64,000 nt of DNA. Source: an uncultured delta proteobacterium. Lineage in GTDB: Bacteria; Desulfobacterota; WTBG01; CAIYCZ01. The notes beneath the pieces were generated by a model, which was given only the letters and a program-made list of their open reading frames with translations, was not told where the DNA came from and did no database searches. The position numbers and the translations under genes are program-made. This document shows, in pieces, positions 47,383 through 56,028 of the stretch (position 1 is the stretch's first letter; each line of letters opens with the position of its first letter). Location of the stretch: assembly GCA_963803975.1 (NCBI GenBank), contig CAWDOY010000049.1:1-64000 (forward strand), read 5' to 3'.

Positions 47383-47449
47383 GGAGGTCTCTAAAAATGT
47401 CATTCCCGCAAAAGCGGGAATGACAGCAATTGAATTATTAGAGATACCC
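47383..47449. mobile_element. Tiny inverted-repeat element enclosing a REP hairpin
   Basis: GGAGGTCTCTAA...TTAGAGATACCC flanked by TTAA on both sides; inner GTCATTCCCGC-AAAA-GCGGGAATGAC at 47399-47424. Confidence 0.65.
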
Positions 47450-47582
47450 TTAACTCAACAATAAAAACTTCCTGATTTCATGAGTTCCAGATTTTAAAGT
47501 ATCTTCTTTAAGAGTGGTCGAGTATAAGCCAAGAGCCGCCGGGTGTCAAGATAAAGGCTGATACTGCAGCGCGCGCTTATAG

Positions 47583-48374
47583 TTATGCAATCAAGCGACC
47601 CTGCTCATTAAAAAACCGGTTCTTCCTCTTCCAGGCGGTAATAAAGCGCCACAACACGTTTGCTTTCGTTAAGTACTGAATATAGGTGCCAGTCCCCTTG
47701 ACCGCGCGCACCCGGGAAACAAGAAACTGCGCCACCGGCTCCGGCAGCTCGGTCAGAATATTGAGAACCTTGGCAGTCTCGGGCGTTGCACCCTCGATGA
47801 GAAGGTCGGTAAGCACCATCCCGGGACTGATGGTATGTATGCCCACTCCGGTCCCCTGCGTTTCCTTAACCAGGGTTGCCATTAACTGGAGAATTGCCCG
47901 CTTGGTTGCCCCGTAGGCAGCAAGTTTTGGCGTAGGTATTCCTGACGCACCATAGCCGTCAACATTAAAAATGTGCCCGCATCTTTGCTGAAGCATTACT
48001 GCAAGAGCCGCACGACAGCACAGCACGGTGCCGAGCAGATTGGTGTCAATGACCAGTTTCAGCATTTCCGGAGTGCATTCAGCCAGAGGCCTTTTTTGAT
48101 GCCCGTCAGTACCCGCGTTATTTATCCAGATATCAAGGGTCCCGAACTTCTCTTTCCCGAAACGCGCCAGGGCCTCAACGTCTGCCGGCCGTGATACATC
48201 ACAGGCTGCCCCCCACACCGCGCCGCCAGGAAATTCTTTTTTCAGTTCTTCAGCCACGGCAGCGACCCGCTCTGCGCTGCGCGAGGAAATGATTACCCCA
48301 TCGCCACAGCGCAGAAACTCTTTTGCCATGGCACGCCCGATGCCTTTTGTGCTTCCGGTAATGATAACCTTCAT
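47583..48374 (-). CDS. Classical SDR oxidoreductase (NOL/NYC1-like subfamily)
   Basis: TGSTKGIG, WINNAG, YGATK, SPGMV.TDLL. Confidence 0.9.
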   Translation of the reverse strand: MKVIITGSTKGIGRAMAKEFLRCGDGVIISSRSAERVAAVAEELKKEFPGGAVWGAACDVSRPADVEALARFGKEKFGTLDIWINNAGTDGHQKRPLAECTPEMLKLVIDTNLLGTVLCCRAALAVMLQQRCGHIFNVDGYGASGIPTPKLAAYGATKRAILQLMATLVKETQGTGVGIHTISPGMVLTDLLIEGATPETAKVLNILTELPEPVAQFLVSRVRAVKGTGTYIQYLTKANVLWRFITAWKRKNRFFNEQGRLIA

Positions 48375-48498
48375 GTTCAGATCCCCTTCATTGTTGGTGC
48401 TGTATGATCCGCACCGAACTTTTGCTGGACTTTTAAAAATCCGGGTTTTATATTCACTTTGTCTATATCATAAAACTATATGGCGCGGAGATATTATT

Positions 48499-49101
48499 AT
48501 GCTCATCAAGGTCTATCAGAAAAATCCACAGCTGCGGGCGATCAAGCAGGCAATTGAAATCCTCACCAAGGGCGGCCTTATTGTGTATCCGACCGATACC
48601 ATCTACGGCCTTGGCTGCGATCTCCACAATAAAAAGGCCATCGAAAAATTATACCGCATCAAGCAGATGGATGAGAAAACACCGCTGAGCTTTATATCGC
48701 CTGATCTCAGCGAAGTGGCGCGCTATGCCGAAGTTTCAGACCGGGCCTACCGGGTTATGAACCGGTGCCTGCCCGGGCCGTTTACCTTTATTCTGCCGGC
48801 GACCAAGGAAGTGAACAAGCACATGCTCTATAAGCGCAAGCAAATCGGCATCCGCGTACCTGATGACAACATCTGCAGGCTTTTAACGCAAACTCTGGGC
48901 AACCCTATCATCAACACCAGTGTTCCGCTCTGGGGAGAAAAGCTGCTTAATTCGGGAGAGGCCATACATGAACACTTTGAAAAGCAGATAGACCTGGTGC
49001 TTGATATCGGGGTGCTGGTGTCAGAGCAGTCGACGATAGTTGATCTTACCGCAGAGCCCTTTGAGATTACACGGCAGGGAAAGGGACAGATAACCATCTG
49101 A
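48499..49101 (+). CDS. Sua5/YciO/YrdC-family protein
   Basis: YPTDTIYGLGC, LPGPFTFIL, IGIRVPD, STIVDL, R.GKG. Confidence 0.92.
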   Translation: MLIKVYQKNPQLRAIKQAIEILTKGGLIVYPTDTIYGLGCDLHNKKAIEKLYRIKQMDEKTPLSFISPDLSEVARYAEVSDRAYRVMNRCLPGPFTFILPATKEVNKHMLYKRKQIGIRVPDDNICRLLTQTLGNPIINTSVPLWGEKLLNSGEAIHEHFEKQIDLVLDIGVLVSEQSTIVDLTAEPFEITRQGKGQITI

Positions 49102-49391
49102 GGAATGCGGAGTAGAAAAAGGCACAAGGCACAAAGGCACAAAGAAAATGCGGGTTTCGGGATGCGGCAGGCAGAAAGACAATAGTGGCTGTCCACCCTC
49201 CGCAGTAACAGATGGACACATACACTGGCGATTAAAAAGTTATAATTTTAATTTAGTATGGGCGCGTTTATAGTGCTACGGAGGACGGGCGGAATACGGG
49301 GTCGGGGACCTCTTATTCTTAGGGCAATAAAATGATTACCTGAATTAGATCTTTCTAATGTACAATTAACTCAAAACAAGCAGTCCAGAAT

Positions 49392-49610
49392 ATGAATAAA
49401 GAGTATACCGCAATAATGAAACAAGAGGATGATTGGTGGATAGGATGGATAGAGGAAATACCGGGGGTGAATTGTCAAGAACATACTCGCGAAAAATTGT
49501 TAGAAAGCCTTCGGATAACGTTGATAGAGGCCCTCGAATTTAATCGTCAGGACGCACTTTCTGCGGTAGGCGCAGGGTATGCGGAAGAAATAATCGCTTT
49601 AAGAAATTAA
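49392..49610 (+). CDS. HicB-like antitoxin (no adjacent hicA)
   Basis: YTA....DWWIGWIEEIPGVNCQ..T.E.L..SL pattern of the short HicB/UPF0150 family. Confidence 0.85.
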   Translation: MNKEYTAIMKQEDDWWIGWIEEIPGVNCQEHTREKLLESLRITLIEALEFNRQDALSAVGAGYAEEIIALRN

Positions 49611-49672
49611 ATTGTCAAGATAAAGATTTGACCTCAAATCCCCCGCTTGTTGTATTTTTTCCTGCCATATTT

Positions 49673-49768
49673 TCAAGGCTTCGCTATAGAAGAATTATAT
49701 TTCACCAGTGAATCCCAATCGATTTTCCCATCAGAACAGAATTGTTTGCTGAATTCAAACGTAGTCAA
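49673..49768 (-). pseudogene. 3' remnant of a probable type II restriction endonuclease gene
   Basis: Reads LTTFEFSKQFCSDGKIDWDSLVKYNSSIAKP*; the EF...FC..G.IDW..LV.(F/Y)NS pattern is recalled from PmeII-family C-termini. Confidence 0.45.
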
Positions 49769-49867
49769 CGGGGTCAGGTCTTGAATTATCAGCTGCGCTT
49801 CTCAACCTTTTTATGCGTGACTGGATGTAGCTTTAAAGAAGGCCTCAGCAAACCTTTTATCCTGATT

Positions 49868-50914
49868 CTATGATGATGTTCTTTTTTCAAACAACCTAGC
49901 AACCATGGGACTCATATTGCGCAGTTTTTCAGGAACTGCCGGATTCACATAAATAAACTGAAGAAGATTTTGTTTTACCAAACGGTCTGATGGTAATAGA
50001 AATAAAGCCTGCTCCCAAGACTCTTTTGCCTCTTTATAATTCTTGAGATCGTAATAGACTGTCCCTATGTTGTTGTAAGCCTCATTTAAATGGTAGCGAT
50101 CTGTTTTGGGATAGTTTTCTATTGCCTTCTTATAATAAACAATCGCCTCTGAAAAACGCTCTTTTTCTCGCAGGTTAATTCCCATAATGTAGTTAGCCCT
50201 TGGATGATTGGGAAACCGCTCTAAACAGCGATTAAGAAGCCGGTCAAACTCCGCTTTATCAAAAAAACTATAAACAATTGCCTCCCTGCATAAAACTTCT
50301 GCTGTTTCGCCCACGCGTTTCATTGCTTCCTGAATAAATTTTAAGGCCTCAAGCTTTCGTCCGTTTTCCGCCTCCGTCATGGCACCCATGATTTCCCGGA
50401 AGATAGGCTTGCAACAAAACCTGTATTTCTTCCCTGAAGCACAGGGACAGGGAGCGTACGCATCAGGTATGCTCTGTCTGGATGATTCCAGTTCATCTGC
50501 ATCAACATCATCTCGCGCATGAGAATAAAACAATGATGAAGGTGAAAAGCAGAACTCACCAAAAGACTTTTTGACTGGTGCGATCAGATCTTCGAGAGCG
50601 GAAGCAGGACAAGGCTCAATGTGTAAGTCGGCAGGAAGAGATAGCTTTACAAAAAAGCTCTCAATGGGGTCGCCCTTTACAACAATGATTTTTTCAGGCC
50701 AATAATTTTTCTTGTCATAGGCCTTTTGAAGAAAAGCTTTCAATTGCTTTGGGGGCAATCCTTCAGCAAGCGTGGCTTCACTATTGAGAAGTTCTCCAGA
50801 CGGAAGCTCCATCAACATATACACATCTGCTGATTTATCGGCAATTTGAGTATCAAGACGAAAAATCAGCCATGAATTTTTTGGGGTGAAGTCTTGGTAT
50901 TGGAGTTTTTTCAT
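49868..50914 (-). CDS. SEC-C motif plus TPR protein
   Basis: CPCASGKKYRFCC followed by TPR repeats. Confidence 0.85.
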   Translation of the reverse strand: MKKLQYQDFTPKNSWLIFRLDTQIADKSADVYMLMELPSGELLNSEATLAEGLPPKQLKAFLQKAYDKKNYWPEKIIVVKGDPIESFFVKLSLPADLHIEPCPASALEDLIAPVKKSFGEFCFSPSSLFYSHARDDVDADELESSRQSIPDAYAPCPCASGKKYRFCCKPIFREIMGAMTEAENGRKLEALKFIQEAMKRVGETAEVLCREAIVYSFFDKAEFDRLLNRCLERFPNHPRANYIMGINLREKERFSEAIVYYKKAIENYPKTDRYHLNEAYNNIGTVYYDLKNYKEAKESWEQALFLLPSDRLVKQNLLQFIYVNPAVPEKLRNMSPMVARLFEKRTSS

Positions 50915-50953
50915 AGACAGTTTTCTTTATTAATATGATTGATTCAAGGTGTT

Positions 50954-50989
50954 AAAAAAGCCCGGCAGCATTAGTCCTGTCGGGCTTTT
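50954..50989. terminator. Intrinsic terminator
   Basis: AAAAAAGCCCGGCAG...CTGTCGGGCTTTT hairpin downstream of the minus-strand CxxC gene. Confidence 0.75.
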
Positions 50990-51025
50990 AAATGAATCGG
51001 AATTAAAGATCAGAGCAAACAGCGT

Positions 51026-51202
51026 TTAGCGGCGGTCAGTCTTTTTTTTGGAATAACAGTCTTTGCAGTAGATCGGACGATCACCGCTTGGTTTGAAAGG
51101 AACTTCGCATTCCTTTTTGCATTCTGAGCAGACCGCCTTATGCATTTCCCTCGGACGTCCGTCACCGTATCCACCTTTGCCACCACTTTGATTGAAACCC
51201 AT
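51026..51202 (-). CDS. CxxC-x17-CxxC zinc-ribbon protein (58 aa; not in the ORF track)
   Basis: AAGGAG RBS; MGFNQSGGKGGYGDGRPREMHKAVCSECKKECEVPFKPSGDRPIYCKDCYSKKKTDRR*. Confidence 0.9.
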   Translation of the reverse strand: MGFNQSGGKGGYGDGRPREMHKAVCSECKKECEVPFKPSGDRPIYCKDCYSKKKTDRR

Positions 51203-51705
51203 GTTTTCTCCTTAGTCTTTGAATCTGATTAAGTCTGCACACCCGTACAGCCCTATTTATCAGATTACATTAATTATTTTAATTATATAAGTTTTCTTCA
51301 CGGGATGCAAGGTAATTAAATTCATTTTAATCTTTGAAAATACTTTTAATCGGTTGTCCCAAGGAAAAGGGGGCAGATTTATTTCTTGATCTGTTGATGC
51401 CGATGTGCAGAACAGAAACAGCTACTAAAATAATATCCTCAAAAATAGCTTGCAATTAAAAATTAGATGTAATAAAAATTTTCTCAGTTCTACGCAGTCT
51501 CTGAAAGCTGACGGCCGATAGCTACAAAACGGTGGTTCCATGTTGCAGACTGGTTATATATAAAAGGATACAGGGCTTCTTACAGCACGCATGCTGTTGG
51601 AAGCTTTTTTTATTTGGAAGGTTTAGTGCAGGCACGGGTTCAAATTGTCATATGACCTATGACGATGTGCCCCTCAAGTAGATTAATTTTGAAGCAAAAG
51701 GCGGG

Positions 51706-52395
51706 GTGAAAATGGAAAAAAAATTTCCGGGATGGAGTTTTAAAACATATCTGAAATATAAGATTATCCGGAGTGGCGTTGTTGCTTTATGCATGTTTAT
51801 ACTAACGGCTATTCCGGCATCTGCTGTTGGGGGAAGCAATGTTTTCTTCGAGAAGTCTTGCGGGACTGACAACATCAACGGCAAGAGAGTTCTTGTTGCA
51901 TACGACTCAAAGCACGGATCAACAGCCGACGTTGCAGAAAAAATAGGCGATGTATTGTGTGAGAACGGGTTTCGGGTGGATATGAGACCGGCATTGAAGG
52001 TTGAAGATATATCACCCTATGATGCAATAGTCATAGGCAGTCCCATGTACTATGCAACGTTCCTTCCCGGGGCTTTAAAGTTTTTAGAACGCCACAGAAA
52101 TATACTGGCAGTTAAAAAAGTAGCTCTCTTTGTCACTTCCACCTCTGTTGATAAAGAGACCGGCATGGTTGACAAAAATCTTCTTCGCTTGATTTCTTCG
52201 TCTGTTCTTAACAAATTTCCTGAAATAAAAATCATAGAACCCGTTGGCCTGATGCCCGGAAAATTTTATTTTAAAGAAATATTCCCCGTTGAAGTTGTAA
52301 ATTTCAAACAAACCGGTTATGACGAGGTAGGAGATCTTCTTAATTATGATTTTGTGAGATCATGGACAGAGGAGATAGCCGATCTTCTTAAATAG
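51706..52395 (+). CDS. Flavodoxin-domain (HemG-like) protein with hydrophobic leader
   Basis: VLVAYDSKHGST..VAE.I and YDAIVIGSP; start uncertain. Confidence 0.85.
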   Translation: MKMEKKFPGWSFKTYLKYKIIRSGVVALCMFILTAIPASAVGGSNVFFEKSCGTDNINGKRVLVAYDSKHGSTADVAEKIGDVLCENGFRVDMRPALKVEDISPYDAIVIGSPMYYATFLPGALKFLERHRNILAVKKVALFVTSTSVDKETGMVDKNLLRLISSSVLNKFPEIKIIEPVGLMPGKFYFKEIFPVEVVNFKQTGYDEVGDLLNYDFVRSWTEEIADLLK

Positions 52396-52474
52396 CTTTT
52401 AATAATTGCCGTAAAAAAAATTTATTTTTCCATACAATTTGCTTAATAACACTAAAGAAAAAAATGGGTTAATC

Positions 52475-53692
52475 ATGAGAAAATGTATCTTTTCAATATT
52501 GTTTTGTTTTTTGATATATCCCTGTGTTACATCAGCCGGCAGCCGGGATGATTTCAAAACAGTAACAACCTCAGAACCGTCTTATAGTGAACCACAGATC
52601 ATGTGGGGGCGGAACATGTGGGGAAAAGAAGGTTCTAAAAATGGTGAGTTCAGAGGGCCAAGCGGTATTGCCGTGGATTCCGCAGGGAATATATATGTTG
52701 CTGATACAAGGAATGACCGCATACAGAAGTTTGACAGAAATGGAAAATTTATTGCAGTGCTGGGTTCCAGCGGAACTGGAGAGGGAAAGCTCGGAAACCC
52801 GGGAGATGTTGCCGTTGACGCTGATGGAAATGTTTATGTAGTAGATACAAGAAACTTTCGCATACAGAAGTTTGACATAGACGGCAATTATGCAGCATCA
52901 TGGGGTCCGGAAAGCGAGATTGGTTCAGGATTTATTAGAGAACCGGTAGGCATTGCGGTTGATTCGACAGGGACTGTATATGTTGCAGATGCCTGGCAGT
53001 CCCTGATACTGAAATATGATGCAAATGGAAATTTCATTACTGCCTGGGGAGATCCTTTAAACGGGAGTGGGGGGAGGTTTTCTTTCAGACCTACTTATTT
53101 GGCAATTGACTCCTCGGGAAACGTTTTTTCTACAGATTACTATAATAACCGGGTACAAAAGTTTGATGCAACCGGCACTGTAATTACCACCTGGGGTATC
53201 CAGGGCAGCTTGACGGGAGAATTTTCTTATCCTACGGGGATAGCTATTGATTCATCGGATAATGTTTTCGTCGTAGATACATTTAACAACCGTGTCCAGA
53301 AGTTTGATAATTCCGGAACATTTATTACCGAGTGGGGCTCTGCAGGAGCCGAGTACGGATCTTTTAACTGGCCAATAGGCGCAGCGGTAAATTCATCGGG
53401 CAAAATCTATATTGCAGATACATTGAACAATCGGATACAGATATTTAATTCTTCTGATAAAGCATGTATTGTTACATCGCTTCTTGGAGAAACCGATCCG
53501 AACATTAATAAAATTAGAAATTTTCGAGATACAGTGCTGGCAAAAAGCGTTCTGGGCAGACAAATGATTGGTCTTTATTACAAAACATCGGGTATGTTTC
53601 AGCCTTTGCTCGAAAAAAACCCCTCGGCAAAGAAAACAACAGAGATTATGCTGAAGTCTTTTTTGCCGGTAATTGATATGATTATCCAGTAA
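52475..53692 (+). CDS. Secreted NHL-repeat beta-propeller with a CFI-box-CTERM-like tail
   Basis: Signal peptide; six P.GIAVDS.GN.YV.D..N.RIQKFD repeats; C-terminal C....LLG..DP...R.FRD..L...GR..I..YY. Confidence 0.88.
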   Translation: MRKCIFSILFCFLIYPCVTSAGSRDDFKTVTTSEPSYSEPQIMWGRNMWGKEGSKNGEFRGPSGIAVDSAGNIYVADTRNDRIQKFDRNGKFIAVLGSSGTGEGKLGNPGDVAVDADGNVYVVDTRNFRIQKFDIDGNYAASWGPESEIGSGFIREPVGIAVDSTGTVYVADAWQSLILKYDANGNFITAWGDPLNGSGGRFSFRPTYLAIDSSGNVFSTDYYNNRVQKFDATGTVITTWGIQGSLTGEFSYPTGIAIDSSDNVFVVDTFNNRVQKFDNSGTFITEWGSAGAEYGSFNWPIGAAVNSSGKIYIADTLNNRIQIFNSSDKACIVTSLLGETDPNINKIRNFRDTVLAKSVLGRQMIGLYYKTSGMFQPLLEKNPSAKKTTEIMLKSFLPVIDMIIQ

Positions 53693-53790
53693 GGCTGTAT
53701 CTGAACAAGATTTGACACCAATTCTTTTCATGGGAAATAACCAGGGTTGGGCAATACAAAACAATACTATCAAGAAAAGGAGGAGAAAAG

Positions 53791-54438
53791 ATGAGAAAAA
53801 CAATTAAAAGGTTAACCTGTATTGCATTATTCTTTTTTCTGCTGGCGCCACTTGCCTTTGCCGAGTCTGAGTATGTTCAAGGCTGGGTTGGCACGTGGAC
53901 CGTAAAAATGAATGACGCTTCAATTGTGAACTGGGAAATAACTGATACATGGGTCAGTGAGAGTGGGAAGAGTCATGTAGCCTATGGCATAAAAAATCCT
54001 GGCACTGTAGAATTCCAGATTTATTATAGCCTCTTTTTTACGAAACATTATTATATTGAGGCAAGCCATGACAAAACGGTCTACGATCTGCCACAGGACC
54101 TTAATGAATATACTGAGTTGGTTCCATCTGATGACTTCAAATCATTTACCGCTAAGCCAGGGAAGTATCCCATAACTTCAGGGTATCAGGGAACGGTTGA
54201 ACCCAAACCCGAGCCTGAACCTTGTGTCGCATCATATCTGTTAGGCGCTGATGACCCAAGGCTCGATAAATTGAGACACTATCGGGATGAGAAACTGGCA
54301 ACAAGCAAGGCAGGCAGAGACATAATCAAGATGTATTATGATAAGAGCGATGATATTATCGCTGTCTGTGAGAAAAACCCTGCTGCAAAACGGTCTTTAA
54401 AACAGATGCTTGAGTCTATTATCCTTGTTATTCCCTGA
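53791..54438 (+). CDS. Secreted protein with PE/PK linker and a CFI-box-CTERM-like tail
   Basis: AGGAGG RBS, AFA signal-peptide cleavage motif, EPKPEPEP linker, tail homologous to the upstream NHL protein. Confidence 0.85.
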   Translation: MRKTIKRLTCIALFFFLLAPLAFAESEYVQGWVGTWTVKMNDASIVNWEITDTWVSESGKSHVAYGIKNPGTVEFQIYYSLFFTKHYYIEASHDKTVYDLPQDLNEYTELVPSDDFKSFTAKPGKYPITSGYQGTVEPKPEPEPCVASYLLGADDPRLDKLRHYRDEKLATSKAGRDIIKMYYDKSDDIIAVCEKNPAAKRSLKQMLESIILVIP

Positions 54439-54473
54439 ATTTTTGTAATAGTTCTGCAAACAACAGACTACCG

Positions 54474-54515
54474 CAAAGCCGTTGCGGCCGGGACAGCGGC
54501 CTCAGCGGCTTTTTT
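54474..54515 (+). terminator. Intrinsic terminator
   Basis: AAAGCCGTTG-CGGCCG...CGGCCT-CAGCGGCTTT stem followed by a T tract. Confidence 0.7.
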
Positions 54516-54536
54516 ATAGTAAGGGTGGAGGGTGCC

Positions 54537-55227
54537 ATGAAAAAATTAAACCTGTTGCTGGTTTCAGCTTTTGCTTTGTGCATGCTTTTCACGGGATGCG
54601 AAAAAACAAGCACCGTCACCGACATTGACGGCAATGTTTACAAGACGGTGTTTATAGAAGGGCAGGAGTGGATGGCCGAGAACTTGAAGACCACGAAATA
54701 CGACAATGGCGACCCGATACCGGAAGTAACGGACAACACCCAATGGAGCAGCCTGACAACAGGAGCCTGGAGTTATTACAACAACGATGAAAACTACAAT
54801 GACCCTTATGGCAAGCTATACAACTGGTACGCAGCAGATGATTCCCGCAATGTATGCCCTGCAGGCTGGCACGTGCCCAGCGATGAGGAATGGACGGTTT
54901 TAACAGATTATTTGGGTGGTGAATCTGTGGCTGGAGGCAAGATGAAAACCAAAGGTACCATACAAGCGGGCACCGGGTTGTGGCAACACCCAAACACCGC
55001 TGCAGACAACAGCAGCGGATTTGCAGGCATTCCGGGCGGCTACCGTTTCGGCTCCGGGGGATATCAGCTTCGTTGGCGAGAAGGGTTGTTGGTGGAGTAC
55101 TACAATTCCTACAGTTATGCCGGAAAGAGGTGTCTGGGGCCGCTACCTGAACTACAACAGCGGCTCTGTTTTCAGAGGCCACGGCCCGGTACTATCCGGG
55201 TTTTCTGTGCGTTGCGTCAGGGATTAA
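54537..55227 (+). CDS. FISUMP (Fibrobacter succinogenes major paralogous) domain lipoprotein; frameshift ~55065
   Basis: Lipobox FTGC; DIDGNVYKTV, WMAENL, YGKLYNWYA, CPAGWHVPS..EW; terminal GFSVRCVRD in the shifted frame. Confidence 0.9.
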
Positions 55228-55322
55228 TATACCCTGATGCACCCTCAAATAAAATAACGGGACACCCGGTACTCTTAATCAATCATTCTTTCTATCAAAC
55301 ATCTTATCAAAAAGGAGGCTGC

Positions 55323-55724
55323 ATGCACAAAGCCCGACTCTGGTTTGCGCGGATCATCATGGCCTATGCGCTGCTGATCTTCGCGTTTCTGGCCTATCTC
55401 TACATCCTCGAGCCACTGGAGCACATCGCAGGCTTTGGCATCAGGGCATCCGGTGTGCCGGAGTCCATCAATTTCTTACGCGCAGGACCCGGCGCTTTGT
55501 TTCTGGGAATGGCCCTGTTCGCTGCCTACGGGCTGGCCCGGCCGGGACAGCTGCGCAGCTGCCTGTTGGTGCTGGTGATCTTCAACGCCTGCGTGGTCGC
55601 CGTGCGGCTCTTCGGCATCGCAGTGGACGGCGTTTCGCAAATGCAACTGTCGGAACTGCGCAACGAGGGACTGTCTTGGCTGCTATTCGTGGCATCTCTG
55701 GTGGCCTGCCCACGCCAGAAATGA
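55323..55724 (+). CDS. Four-TM membrane protein (DUF4345-like)
   Basis: AAGGAGG RBS, ATG 55323, four hydrophobic segments, R..GI..DG motif. Confidence 0.75.
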   Translation: MHKARLWFARIIMAYALLIFAFLAYLYILEPLEHIAGFGIRASGVPESINFLRAGPGALFLGMALFAAYGLARPGQLRSCLLVLVIFNACVVAVRLFGIAVDGVSQMQLSELRNEGLSWLLFVASLVACPRQK

Positions 55725-55833
55725 CGTCTCACGCCTGTTGCACCCTGCTGTCTGCAGAGGTAACCAGCAAAAGGAAGGTAAAAAGAAAGGTGGTTTGCTA
55801 GAAAAATAATCGGGACAGATTTATTTTGGGGAA

Positions 55834-56028
55834 TTAGGAACTTATTTTATTTGCCCGCGCGTATGAACGAGTTGTTGTGAGCTTTTTGGGGGCGAGCCGG
55901 ACGATCTTATGACCGGATTCAAGTTGAATACGGAGCAGATCATCACAGATGGCTGAAAGGTCACCTTTAAATTTGCGTGTATGTGCGCGACGATGTTTGC
56001 GCACTTCCTCCACAATCTTATCTTTCAT
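55834..56028 (-). CDS. Small hypothetical protein, probable partner of a PIN-domain toxin
   Basis: GGAGG RBS; MKDKIVEEVRKHR; ATGA overlap with the upstream PIN remnant. Confidence 0.65.
   Translation of the reverse strand: MKDKIVEEVRKHRRAHTRKFKGDLSAICDDLLRIQLESGHKIVRLAPKKLTTTRSYARANKISS

Noticed and set aside
54452..54515. c-di-GMP-I riboswitch (GCAAAC…GCAAAGCC…GACAGCGG)
   Set aside because: No GAAA-capped P2 stem between the motifs; the sequence folds better as the upstream gene's terminator
54525..55724. FISUMP-membrane protein fusion (399-aa ORF)
   Set aside because: The FISUMP terminal motif GFSVRCVRD ends at 55227 in another frame, and the membrane gene has its own AAGGAGG RBS; the fusion is an indel artefact
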